Source: Candidatus Dormiibacterota bacterium (GTDB lineage: Bacteria; Chloroflexota; Dormibacteria; Aeolococcales; Aeolococcaceae). From it: 63,541 nt of DNA. The notes beneath the pieces are model-generated. The model was not told the DNA's origin. It saw only the letters and a list, made by a program, of their open reading frames with translations, and searched no databases. The stretch's first letter is position 1; every line of letters begins with the position of its first letter. Location: contig DAINCY010000006.1 of assembly GCA_036732145.1 (NCBI GenBank), positions 1 to 63,541 on the forward strand, in the 5' to 3' direction. The position numbers were made by a program, and so were the translations under genes. Below, in pieces: positions 19,508-28,658 of this stretch.

Positions 19508-21079
19508 ATGTCCGGCGCCATGAGCTCGCTGCGCGATGACGTGGCCGCCATGGCCGCGGTCATGGCCGACCAGCCGCTGGCGAAGTTTCCCGACGGCACG
19601 CTGACCTACGCGGACGCCTGGGAGCGGGGACAGCAGCTGGCGGCAACGCTCATCGGCCGCGGCCATGGCGAGGGAAGCGTTGTGGCCACCTGTTGCGGCA
19701 ATGGCACGGCGTTGTTCACGACCTGGCTTGCCGCTCTCGCGATGGGGGCGGTCTTCATGCCGGTCAACGGGCTTCTGCGCGGCGAAGCGCTGGTGCGGGT
19801 GCTCCGCGAAGCGGGCGTGAGCGCTGTCGTTTGCGACCGCCACCACCACGATGAGCTTGCATCCATGCGCGACCGCCTGCCCGCACTCGTCGACGTCATC
19901 GTCGACGGCGTGCGACCTTTCAGGGGTGAGCTCGGCATCACCGCGATCCTGGCATCGCCATCGCGTGCGCCCCTGCCCGCGCTCACCGCTGACGACACGC
20001 TGCCGGCCAAGCTGATGTACACCTCGGGCAGCACGGGCGTGCCCAAGGGCGCGGTGTGGAGCAGGCGTTGCGAGTCGGTGTGGGCGCACGCGTATGCAAC
20101 CGAACTGGTGACAACGGCCCCAGGGGAGACGGCCTACACGTGCCTTCCCATGACCCACGTGACCTGCCAGGGAACAGTGATGGCCTCCCTTCTCAACGGC
20201 GGGACTGCGCACGTGGACGCCCGCTTCGAGCCATTCAGCTTCTGGCAGCGTGTGCGGGACGCCGATGCTTGCATCTTCACCTTCGTGGGCACGATCCTCG
20301 CCACACTGGCGCGGCGGCCTCCGCGGCCCGACGATCTCGACAACCCCGTTCGCCGAGTTGTTGGCGCCGCGACTCCCGTGCGGCACTGGAGCGAATTCGA
20401 AGAGCGTTTCGGTCTCGAGATCGTCGAAACCTGGGGTCAGACCGAGACGGCAGCGTGCTGGTTCGGTCCGGCCACCATGCCGATGCGACCAGGCAGTGTG
20501 GGCGTTCCCAGCGAGCGCTGTCAGGCTCGGCTGGTCGACGCAGACGGCTGCGACGTGCCGCGCGGATCAGCCGGACAGCTGTTGCTGCGCCCGTCGGAGC
20601 CGCAGCTCATGTTCGACCGGTACCTCGACGACAGGGAGACGGGCTCCTGGAACACGGGAGGCTGGTACGAGACCGGCGACGTGCTGCGCAGGGGCGACGA
20701 CGGCGCCTACGAATTCCTCGGTCGCCAGCGCGACGTCATCCGCCGGCACGGCGAGACCATCGCACCGTCGCTCATCGAGGAGGTTGCGATCGATCACCCC
20801 GCAGTGCAGGAGGCCGTGGCATTGGCCGTCCCCGACCCCGACGCGGAGGGAGAGGACGCCATCCGTCTGTGCCTGACGGGGATCGACGGCGTCGCACCGG
20901 ATGTCGACCAGCTGGTCCGGTTCCTGCATGAGCGTCTGCCCCGGCTGTTGTGGCCCCGGTTCATCAGCGTCCACGACGAGTTCCCTCGCACTGAGACGAC
21001 GCGGGTGCGCCGTGCTGCTCTGCGCAGTCAGGCAGGCGTGGTCTGGGACCTGAAGGCCAGACGCTGGGTGCCGGCGTGA
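19508..21079 (+). CDS. AMP-dependent acyl-CoA ligase (CaiC-like)
   Basis: YTSGSTGVPKG, WGQTET, WYETGD, RRHGETI motifs. Confidence 0.9.
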   Translation: MSGAMSSLRDDVAAMAAVMADQPLAKFPDGTLTYADAWERGQQLAATLIGRGHGEGSVVATCCGNGTALFTTWLAALAMGAVFMPVNGLLRGEALVRVLREAGVSAVVCDRHHHDELASMRDRLPALVDVIVDGVRPFRGELGITAILASPSRAPLPALTADDTLPAKLMYTSGSTGVPKGAVWSRRCESVWAHAYATELVTTAPGETAYTCLPMTHVTCQGTVMASLLNGGTAHVDARFEPFSFWQRVRDADACIFTFVGTILATLARRPPRPDDLDNPVRRVVGAATPVRHWSEFEERFGLEIVETWGQTETAACWFGPATMPMRPGSVGVPSERCQARLVDADGCDVPRGSAGQLLLRPSEPQLMFDRYLDDRETGSWNTGGWYETGDVLRRGDDGAYEFLGRQRDVIRRHGETIAPSLIEEVAIDHPAVQEAVALAVPDPDAEGEDAIRLCLTGIDGVAPDVDQLVRFLHERLPRLLWPRFISVHDEFPRTETTRVRRAALRSQAGVVWDLKARRWVPA

Positions 21080-21161
21080 GGAGTTGAGGGCGGCGTCCTC
21101 CTCCCCCAGATGATGATCAACAGTCCCGCTTCGTGGCCGCCGAAGATGAGAAGGTGAGCGG

Positions 21162-21743
21162 ATGCAGCCGCTCGTCTACAGAGAACCGCTCGCCATCGCG
21201 CTCTTCTACTCCACCTTCGTCGTCTGGTTTCTCTCGGAACTTCGGATCATGGTCCGCAACCGTGGTGGCACTGGCGAGAATCTCGACGGGGGCAGCCGAG
21301 CGTGGGTCGTCCTCCTCATCTGGGCAGGAATGAGCGCGGCGTTTGGACTGGTCAGGGTGCCCGTGGCGCAGATTTCCGGCTGGTGGCCGGTCATCGTCGG
21401 GGTGGCGCTGGCGGGGTGTGGAATCGCTCTGCGGCAGTGGTCCGTCGCCACTCTCGGGTCGTTCTTCACGACGTCGGTCGAGGTGCAGGCGGACCATCGG
21501 ATCATTGAAGGCGGACCGTACGGGGTGCTTCGTCACCCGTCCTACACGGGCGGTCTGCTCACCGTGATCGGGCTCTCCCTGGCCCTGGGAAGCTGGCTGT
21601 CGTGTCTGGTCGCAGCGCTGTTTGCCCTGGCAGGCTTCGCCCGGCGCATCGCCGTCGAGGAGCGGGCTTTGGCGTCACATCTTGGACCCGCGTGGACGGC
21701 TTTCTCGAGCACCAGGAAGCGACTCATCCCGCGGGTGTGGTAG
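21162..21743 (+). CDS. Isoprenylcysteine carboxyl methyltransferase-family membrane protein
   Basis: LGSFFT..V....H.II..GPY..LRHPSYTG, RIAVEERAL. Confidence 0.9.
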   Translation: MQPLVYREPLAIALFYSTFVVWFLSELRIMVRNRGGTGENLDGGSRAWVVLLIWAGMSAAFGLVRVPVAQISGWWPVIVGVALAGCGIALRQWSVATLGSFFTTSVEVQADHRIIEGGPYGVLRHPSYTGGLLTVIGLSLALGSWLSCLVAALFALAGFARRIAVEERALASHLGPAWTAFSSTRKRLIPRVW

Positions 21744-21823
21744 CCGTGCCACCACGCCAGCGACCTGCGGTAGGGTTCGCCGGTGTGGACGACATCAGTG
21801 CCGCGCGTGCGGGCGGGGCAGCT

Positions 21824-22000
21824 GTGACCGACCGGCGGATTGACGACGCTGGCGTTGCCCTCCGGGCATTGCAACGATCCGACGCGGCCGAGATTGCGGA
21901 GATGAACATCCGCAACCACGCCGCTTTCTTGTCAAACCTCGCCACCGAGGGTCGGGTCCGGGACGCGCCCCTCGCGAGGCGCGTCAGAATCGGGCGATGA
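21824..22000 (+). pseudogene. Probable remnant of a RimJ-like GNAT acetyltransferase (N-terminus only)
   Basis: VALRALQRSDAAEIAEMNIRNHAAFL resembles the RimJ N-terminus; the frame ends after about 58 codons at an ATGA overlap. Confidence 0.5.
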
Positions 22001-22365
22001 CTGTTCACGCCCTCGACCACGTCCAACTGGCCATGCCGCGTGGCGAGGAGGCGCGTGCCACCGTTTTCTACGAGACCTTGCTGGGAATTCCGCGAGTTCC
22101 GAAGCCCGAACATCTCGCCAAGCGCGGGGGCTGCTGGTTCGAGTCGGACAGCGTCAAGGTCCACCTCGGGGTCGAGGCGGACTTCCGGCCCGCTCGCAAA
22201 GCGCACCCAGCGCTGATCGTTGATGGCCTCGATCGTCTCGTCGAGGCGCTCGGCAGCGCGGGCGTGACGGTGCAGGCCGGCGAACCGCTGGAGGGGTACA
22301 AGCACGTGTACGTCGATGACCCGTTCGGGAATCGGGTCGAACTGATGGAACCGACGTCAGCGTGA
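21997..22365 (+). CDS. VOC/glyoxalase-family protein
   Basis: LDHVQLAMP.GEE..A..FY..LLG, GGCWF, HLGVE, KAHPA, DPFGNRVELME. Confidence 0.92.
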   Translation: MTVHALDHVQLAMPRGEEARATVFYETLLGIPRVPKPEHLAKRGGCWFESDSVKVHLGVEADFRPARKAHPALIVDGLDRLVEALGSAGVTVQAGEPLEGYKHVYVDDPFGNRVELMEPTSA

Positions 22366-22817
22366 CGGTGGCTGAGCCGGGTCCCCGGCGGACAGACTGA
22401 GCACCTGTCTCAGCCGTTCAAGGCTGTCAAGCTCGTCCACAACCTGGCGCAGGACGAAGCCGGTGAGCAGGCACAATGCGCCGCGCGGCGTGAGGGTCAC
22501 GGCGAGGGTCACTGTGGTCTCGCCAGGTCTCGACGTGGTCAGCGTGTACACACTCGTGCCACGGACAGGACCGGCGGTCACCTCGTATGCGTACAGGCGG
22601 GGACGCTGGCAGCTGGTCACCACGTAGTCGGCGTCCGCAAGATTGCCAGCCGGACCGTGCACCAGCTGATGCCAGACGCTGCCCTCGCCACCGTCGCCTG
22701 ACCGCAGGGCCACCTCGATCACCGAGGGCGGCACGTCGCGTTGAGGGACCCGTCGGCGATGTGGGAAAAGACCACCTCGGGCGGGCGGTTGACGGTGACG
22801 GTGTGCTCCCCGTGCAC
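22357..22817 (-). pseudogene. SRPBCC (polyketide cyclase-like) gene with a frameshift near 22730
   Basis: HTVTVNRPPEVVFSHIADG in one frame continues as PSVIEV...YEVTAGPVRG in another; one base appears to be missing at the expected W-R-P. Confidence 0.7.
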
Positions 22818-22840
22818 GATGCTTCCAGCCCGCCGTCGTC

Positions 22841-23067
22841 TCAGCCGCCGGCCGGCCCCGCCATCCCCAGGGCTTCCTCACCCACAAAAGCCAGGAATAG
22901 TCGGGACGTCGCCGACCCTCTCGCCCGGTCACGCCAACGGTCCTCCGTCCACACCGAAGCCTCTGCGAGCGTGGTGGAGAACGCGGTGGGGGCATCGGCG
23001 AGCGCCTCGAGACGAACCCTGCGAAGCACCAGTCATCTTCGGAGACCCCCCGGACGACGTACGTCAC
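22841..23067 (-). pseudogene. GNAT acetyltransferase remnant (frameshift near 23030, C-terminally truncated)
   Basis: MTYVVRGVSEDDW in one frame, then VLRRVRLEALADAPTAF...LFLAFVGEEALGMAG and a stop in another. Confidence 0.7.
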
Positions 23068-23188
23068 ACGCCGGCACGCAAAACGAGCAGGGCGGTGGTG
23101 AACCGGTCGAATTCCACGCTCGAAGTCTATGGCGGGCTATCCATCACCGGCGTTCACCAGGCCAGGACCGGTTGCAGGTCCGCTCAGC

Positions 23189-23830
23189 TCAGATCAGGTG
23201 CGCGCGCCTGAGAAGTCTCGGTCGCAGCTTTCGCGGCGCCACCGCGCCGTCCGCCGGCTCGCCGTCGGCGGGGACGGAATCCTCCTGCCGTTGTCGCTCG
23301 CGATAGGCCTTGGCCTTCGCCCTGCTTCCGCACACGCGCATGCTGCACCAGGCTCCGCAGCCGTTCTTGGAGTTGTCGTAGAAGGTCCACTGACAGGTGT
23401 CGGCGCGACACACCTTGAGGCGGCGAAAGCTGCCGTCGATGCTGCTCTCCACCAGAGCGGCCAGGAGCGCGGCGAGGAAACCGTCCACACCGCCGGCGGT
23501 GGAGGCCAGGTGCACGCCCTCAGCGTCGACCAGTGGATGGACAGCCGCCGCGTCGAGGAGGCGGCTGAGCTTCGCTCGCGTGGTCTCCGGAAGGGTTTGG
23601 CCACTATTCACGCCCAGCAGGGTGCGCAGATGCTCGCGGGTCTCGACGATCTTGCGGCGTTGAGCCTCGTCCGGGCTGACCTCGAAGCCCTGAGAGCTGA
23701 GCCACACCGCCGCGGCGGGGATGTCGACCAGCTCGTCGTATCCACCGGGCAGTTCCGCAGTGTTCACGAAGTCCTGGACCAGCGCGAGGGTGCCGGGTGC
23801 CGGCTCTCGCTTGACCGGGGGGTCATCCAC
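23189..23830 (-). CDS. CGNR zinc-finger (ABATE) domain regulator
   Basis: LVQDFVNT; RLKVCRADTCQWTFYDNSKNGCGAWCSMRVCGSRAK. Confidence 0.93.
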   Translation of the reverse strand: MDDPPVKREPAPGTLALVQDFVNTAELPGGYDELVDIPAAAVWLSSQGFEVSPDEAQRRKIVETREHLRTLLGVNSGQTLPETTRAKLSRLLDAAAVHPLVDAEGVHLASTAGGVDGFLAALLAALVESSIDGSFRRLKVCRADTCQWTFYDNSKNGCGAWCSMRVCGSRAKAKAYRERQRQEDSVPADGEPADGAVAPRKLRPRLLRRAHLI

Positions 23831-23850
23831 CCTCGTAATCCTCCTGGGCC

Positions 23851-23897
23851 GTAACCGTCGTAATGGGTTGACAGGTGACGGCCTCGTGATCTATAGT
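23851..23897 (+). promoter_or_regulatory. Sigma70-type promoter with an overlapping imperfect inverted repeat
   Basis: TTGACA (23868-23873), 18-nt spacer, TATAGT (23892-23897); GTAACC...GGTTGAC overlaps the -35 box. Confidence 0.75.
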
Positions 23898-23941
23898 ATC
23901 ACCAATGACCAGGTTTCGTCGGTGACGCAAGGAGACTGAAA

Positions 23942-24097
23942 ATGATGAACACCCAGCTGTACGAGTTGGCACAGATCCGTGAGCAGGAGTACATGATGGC
24001 AGCCACCACCCGCCGGGGTGGATATCGTCGGAGCAACCGGCTGATCGCCGGGGTGTCCCGCCGCCTGCGCCGTCGCAACTCCTCGAACGAGAGCTGA
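23942..24097 (+). CDS. Unannotated 51-aa small protein (MMNTQLYELAQIREQEYMMAATTRRGGYRRSNRLIAGVSRRLRRRNSSNES)
   Basis: AAGGAGA SD 6 nt upstream, strong promoter upstream, hairpin downstream. Confidence 0.75.
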   Translation: MMNTQLYELAQIREQEYMMAATTRRGGYRRSNRLIAGVSRRLRRRNSSNES

Positions 24098-24113
24098 GAG
24101 CCGACCATCTCCC

Positions 24114-24154
24114 GGACTGGCGGAGCGGCCGAAGGACAGGTCCTCCGCCAGTCC
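24114..24154 (+). terminator. 12-bp stem-loop after the small ORF
   Basis: ggactggcggag/ctccgccagtcc perfect inverted repeat; no U-tract. Confidence 0.5.
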
Positions 24155-24495
24155 CATGCGTGGCGTCCCTGGGCTCAGCGACCACGTCGCCAATCGCCCA
24201 TTGCCCGCACCAGCGCCGCGACTGGACGCGATGCAGACGACCCTGGTTACTCCGGAGACCGGCGTCCGTTGAGACCAGCTGGTGCCCATCCTGCTCAGGC
24301 GAGCCCAACCACCACCGTTGATCGAGGACAGGTGGCGGAGGGATACGCTGAGGATGGTTCCTTCAGGCGCGAGCCCACCCGCGCTGACCAGCCGCGGGGG
24401 GAGTCGAGCAGCTATCCGCTGTACCTCCCGCGAGCGCCGGTATGATCCCTTGGCCTATGCCCTGCCCATCCATTCCGCCGCCGGTGGGCGAAACG

Positions 24496-25896
24496 GTGGG
24501 TGATGGGCTCTCGCGCAAGGACGATACGGTATGCATAGTCGGCATCTGGCATCAGGGAGCAGTTGCGGCGGCGTGCCTCGCTGACGCTGGTTGCACCGTC
24601 ATTGGTGTTGACGCCGACCCGAGGACGGTTAGGGGGCTCGCCGACGGCAGGGCACCACTGTTTGAACCGGGTTTGGACGAATTGCTGGCGAGCGGCATCG
24701 CCTCAGGACGACTGACATTCACGACCGATGTCGCTACCGCCGTCAGCGGCGCGGCCACCGTGATGGTGATGTTCGACACACCCGTCGACGAGAACGATGA
24801 TGTTGACCTATCGGGACTCATGACGATGGTGCGGGCGATGGCCCCGCATCTGCGTGCCGACAGCCATGTGCTGGTTACCGCGCAGGTTCCCGTCGGTACG
24901 TGCGATCGCCTGTATGAAGCGATCCGTGAAATAAACCCGGCGGCGCCGGCGGGGATAGCCTACAGCCCAGAAAATCTACGACTGGGACAGGCGATCGAGC
25001 TGTACCGGCGTCCGCAGCTTCCCGTGATCGGGTCCGACGATCCGGCGACCCTTGATCACGTCGAATCCGCGCTGGCGGCACTGCACACCGATTGGATCCG
25101 CGTGGGTCTACGAACCGCGGAGATGACCAAGCACGCTCTCAACGCCTTCCTGGCAATGAGTGTCGCGTTCGGCAATGAGATCGCGGACATCTGCGATCTC
25201 GTCGGAGCAGACGGCCAGCAGGTGTCCAACGCCCTGCGCCGGGAACCGCGGATCGGCACCAAGGCGATGATTCTCCCTGGCTTGGGGTTCTCGGGCGGCA
25301 CCCTGGCGCGTGACATCAGAGCATTGCAGTCGGCGGGCGCTGACCTGGATCACGAAACCGCCCTCCTCGACGGCATCTGGCGCGCCAATGAGACGCACAA
25401 CCGGGTGGTGATCGCCACGCTCGAACGACAACTGGGCTCCCTATCCGGCCGCCGCGTCGGCGTCCTGGGCCTCACCTACAAACCAGGGACGAGCACGCTC
25501 CGGCGGTCGCTGTCTCTCGAAGTGAGCGCTGCAATCGCGGCCAGGGGCGCCACCGTCATCGCGTTCGATCCACGGGTTGGTGCAGAGGAGTCGTCGGCCT
25601 ATCCGTACATCGCTGTTGTCGGCGAGCCGCTCGCGGTCGCAGATGGCGCCGACGCGGTGGTGATCATGACGGCGTGGCCGGAGTTCCGCGACCTCGACTA
25701 CGCGGCCATGGCGCGACGCATGAAGCGGCCCCTGTTGCTTGATCCATCGAACTTCCTCGACGCGACCACAATGGTGGCGTTGGGATTCGAGTACGCAGGC
25801 GTCGGGCGAGGGTCCACCGTGGCAGTCACCGCCGCCGGTTCGCAAGCAGCCGCCGCCACGCCAACCGTCGATGGTGCACATTCGGGCAGCCAATGA
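24496..25896 (+). CDS. UDP-glucose/GDP-mannose dehydrogenase-family protein with an atypical active site (start GTG 24484 or 24496)
   Basis: IVGIWHQG, FDTPVD, SPENLRLG, AEMTKHALNAFLA, GLGFSGGTLARD, GLTYKPGT. Confidence 0.88.
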   Translation: MGDGLSRKDDTVCIVGIWHQGAVAAACLADAGCTVIGVDADPRTVRGLADGRAPLFEPGLDELLASGIASGRLTFTTDVATAVSGAATVMVMFDTPVDENDDVDLSGLMTMVRAMAPHLRADSHVLVTAQVPVGTCDRLYEAIREINPAAPAGIAYSPENLRLGQAIELYRRPQLPVIGSDDPATLDHVESALAALHTDWIRVGLRTAEMTKHALNAFLAMSVAFGNEIADICDLVGADGQQVSNALRREPRIGTKAMILPGLGFSGGTLARDIRALQSAGADLDHETALLDGIWRANETHNRVVIATLERQLGSLSGRRVGVLGLTYKPGTSTLRRSLSLEVSAAIAARGATVIAFDPRVGAEESSAYPYIAVVGEPLAVADGADAVVIMTAWPEFRDLDYAAMARRMKRPLLLDPSNFLDATTMVALGFEYAGVGRGSTVAVTAAGSQAAAATPTVDGAHSGSQ

Positions 25897-26903
25897 GGGT
25901 CGCGATCATTGGCGCCGGTCTGCAGTGCCGCCGCCGCGCCCCAGTGGTGGTGCGCTGGCCGGGGGCGGAACTGATTGTGATCACAAGCCACGACGGCCGG
26001 AGCGCCGCCGACGCGGCCCACGAATTCGGGTGTGAATCCGGCACGGGATGGGAGGCGGCTGTCCAGCGCGACGACATCGATGTCGTGATTGTTGCCACAC
26101 CTCCTGATACGCACGCGCCCATATCGCAGGCTGCGTTGAGCGCGCGTAAAGACGTCCTTTGCGAAAAGCCTCTCACTCGAACCGTGGACGAGGCGCGGCT
26201 GCTGGTGGCAACTGCAGAGAGCAGCGGCCGAGTACTCAAGTGCGGGTTCAACCACCGTCACCACCCTGCGATCCGCGCGGCCCATGAGCTGTTTGCGACG
26301 GGCGCTTTGGGCAAACCCGTCTTCGGCCGCGCCGTATACGGCATCGGCGGACGGCCGGGCTACGAGCAGGAGTGGCGCGCCGATCCATCGGTCGCGTTCG
26401 GAGGCCAACTCGGTGAACAGGGCATCCACGCCATCGATCTGTTTCGCTGGTTCATGGGCGATTTCGCGGAGGTTACGGGCTTTGTCGGAGCCACGTACTG
26501 GCCCATCGCTCCACTGGAGGACAACGGCTTTGCGCTGCTGCGCACCGCGGGCGGCGCGGTCGCGTCGGTTCACGCGAGCCTGACGCAATGGCGGAACACC
26601 TTCAGTTTCGAGGTGTTCGGTGAGGATGGATACATCGCCGTCAACGGACTGGGCGGCAGCTACGGCACCGAGCAGCTGCGCGTCGGACGCAGGGACTTCG
26701 ACGGTCCGTTCGCTGAAGAGATCACCGATTTTCGAGGTGCGGACATTTCCTGGCGTCACGAATGGGAGGAGTTTGCAACAGCCCTTGAGCACCAAACGTC
26801 TCCGATGGGCGACGGGCACGATGGGCTCGCCGCCATGGAGTTGGTGGACGCCGTCTACACGGCAAGCCGCACGGGCCAAACAGTTCGCCTCGCCCCCGCG
26901 TGA
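25893..26903 (+). CDS. Gfo/Idh/MocA-family oxidoreductase
   Basis: RVAIIGAG, DVVIVATPPDTH, VLCEKP, GFNHRHHP, GIHAID. Confidence 0.92.
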   Translation: MRVAIIGAGLQCRRRAPVVVRWPGAELIVITSHDGRSAADAAHEFGCESGTGWEAAVQRDDIDVVIVATPPDTHAPISQAALSARKDVLCEKPLTRTVDEARLLVATAESSGRVLKCGFNHRHHPAIRAAHELFATGALGKPVFGRAVYGIGGRPGYEQEWRADPSVAFGGQLGEQGIHAIDLFRWFMGDFAEVTGFVGATYWPIAPLEDNGFALLRTAGGAVASVHASLTQWRNTFSFEVFGEDGYIAVNGLGGSYGTEQLRVGRRDFDGPFAEEITDFRGADISWRHEWEEFATALEHQTSPMGDGHDGLAAMELVDAVYTASRTGQTVRLAPA

Positions 26904-27844
26904 CCTGGCTGATTACCGGCGCCGGTGGCTTTCTCGGCAGCCATCTGGCCGAAGCCCTGGCGGCTGATGGTATCGAGGTTCACGGGACCGTCCGGACACC
27001 GCCGTCGCGCGGCACCACCAACGCGGGTGCCGCAGTCGCGCATCACGAGTGCGACATTCGAGATGCTGCGCAGGTTTCCGCCGTGATCTCTGCGGTTCAT
27101 CCAACCACCATCTGCCATCTCGCTGCCCAGAGCTCTCCGACCGAGTCGTGGATAGACGCCACCGAGACGTTCAACACCAACGCAGGGGGTTTGGTGCGGG
27201 TGCTCGACGCAGTGCGCTCGACCGTGCCCGATTCGCTGGTTCTGGCGGTAGGCTCATCAGCCGAGTACGGACCGTCGAGTGGTCCCATCGCAGAGGACCA
27301 CCCGCAGGTACCGGGAACGCCGTATGGAGTGAGCAAGGTCGCTCAAGACCTGATCGCCGCCCTCTATCACGCGCACTACGGGATGCGAACTGTTCGCCTG
27401 CGGCCATTCTTCGTCGTGGGCCCACGAAAAATGGGCGACGTCACCTCTGACCTGGCGAAGCGCGTGGTCGCGGTCGAGGATGGCACGACCGACACCGTTA
27501 CGGTGGGCAACCTCGACGCCATACGCGACCTGCTCGATGTACGCGATGCAGTCGCCGCGTTTCGGATGATTGCCGCCCAAGCGGCCGCCGGGAGCGTCTA
27601 CAACGTGTGCTCAGGAGTTGGCCACCCGGTGCGTGCGGTCCTCGATGGAATGATCGCGCTCTCCTCGGTGCCGATCGCAGTCCGGGATGATCCGGCGCTG
27701 CTTCGCCCGGGCGACGAATCGATTCGGGTGGGGGACAGCGGCAGGCTTCGGGCCTTGGGGTGGTCGCCGTTGGTCGGCTTCGAGAGAATGGTCGGCGACG
27801 TTCTCGACTACTGGCGGCGGGAGGCTGAGATCGCGCGCTCCTGA
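26900..27844 (+). CDS. NDP-sugar extended SDR (Rmd / GDP-4-keto-6-deoxymannose reductase-like)
   Basis: LITGAGGFLG, HLAAQS, GSSAEYG, YGVSK, VGNLDAIRDLLDVRD. Confidence 0.88.
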   Translation: MTWLITGAGGFLGSHLAEALAADGIEVHGTVRTPPSRGTTNAGAAVAHHECDIRDAAQVSAVISAVHPTTICHLAAQSSPTESWIDATETFNTNAGGLVRVLDAVRSTVPDSLVLAVGSSAEYGPSSGPIAEDHPQVPGTPYGVSKVAQDLIAALYHAHYGMRTVRLRPFFVVGPRKMGDVTSDLAKRVVAVEDGTTDTVTVGNLDAIRDLLDVRDAVAAFRMIAAQAAAGSVYNVCSGVGHPVRAVLDGMIALSSVPIAVRDDPALLRPGDESIRVGDSGRLRALGWSPLVGFERMVGDVLDYWRREAEIARS

Positions 27845-27874
27845 GGCGGTCCCCGGAGTCGGCCAGTTCAAACG

Positions 27875-27948
27875 TGGGCGGGGCAGGATTCGAACCTGCG
27901 ACCCTGGGGTTATGAGCCCCGTGCTCTAACCGGCTGAGCTACCCGCCC
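27875..27948 (-). tRNA. tRNA with CAU anticodon (Ile2 or elongator Met, not initiator); CCA not encoded
   Basis: GGGCGGG/CCCGCCC acceptor stem, GCUC/GAGC D-stem, CUCAUAA loop, GCAGG-UUCGAAU-CCUGC T-arm. Confidence 0.95.
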
Positions 27949-28007
27949 GCGGGCCGACAGCCTACCCGGTCGGCCGCCAGACGGCGATCCCGCGCTAGGG
28001 TTGACAC

Positions 28008-28583
28008 ATGACCGCCGAACCAACGGGGCCCGTCAGCGGCCGCACCGCTCGCCCCGACAAGAATCTCTATTTCCTGCTGATCGCGCTCGCGGCCCGCACC
28101 CGTGCCGATTGTCTCGGCCGCCGCGTCGGCGCGGTGATCACCCGGGACGGTCGCGTGGTGAGCACCGGCTACAACGGCACCCCCTTCGGCATGCCCAACT
28201 GCAGCGAGGGCGGCTGCCACCGCTGCTCACAGCGCGACACCAACACCGCGCTCCGCGGCGGTGCCTACGACATCTGCGTCTGCGTCCACGCGGAGCAGAA
28301 CGCCATCCTCACCGCTGCCCGCTTCGGCCAGCAGACTTTGGGGGCCTCCCTCACGTCCACGACTCAGCCGTGCTTCGGCTGCCTCAAGGAGATGCTCCAG
28401 GCGGGGATCACCGACCTGCGCTACCTGCACGCGTGGGATCCCACGGAGGCCTACGGCGATCCCGCTCTCGCCGGCCAGTACGCGGCCCTGCGGGCGCGCT
28501 TCGCATCCTTCGAGCAGGTTGGCGACCCCGACATCGACACTCCCGGCCTCTTCGGGGCGCTGATTCCGGAGTCGAACAGGTGA
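28008..28583 (+). CDS. dCMP deaminase-family zinc deaminase
   Basis: C..R.VGAVI, TGYNG, VHAEQNA, PCFGC. Confidence 0.92.
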   Translation: MTAEPTGPVSGRTARPDKNLYFLLIALAARTRADCLGRRVGAVITRDGRVVSTGYNGTPFGMPNCSEGGCHRCSQRDTNTALRGGAYDICVCVHAEQNAILTAARFGQQTLGASLTSTTQPCFGCLKEMLQAGITDLRYLHAWDPTEAYGDPALAGQYAALRARFASFEQVGDPDIDTPGLFGALIPESNR

Positions 28584-28658
28584 GCGTCGATCTCCGCGCT
28601 CGGCGGCGGAGCGGAGCGTGCCACGACATCGCTGCCCTCCCCCACCGGTGATCGGCGG

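Noticed and set aside
17872-19599. 575-aa minus-strand ORF
   Set aside because: Shadow of the APC permease
27875-27948. Initiator tRNA-fMet call
   Set aside because: G1-C72 is paired and the D-stem is GCUC/GAGC, unlike fMet (unpaired C1), despite G-C pairs in the anticodon stem
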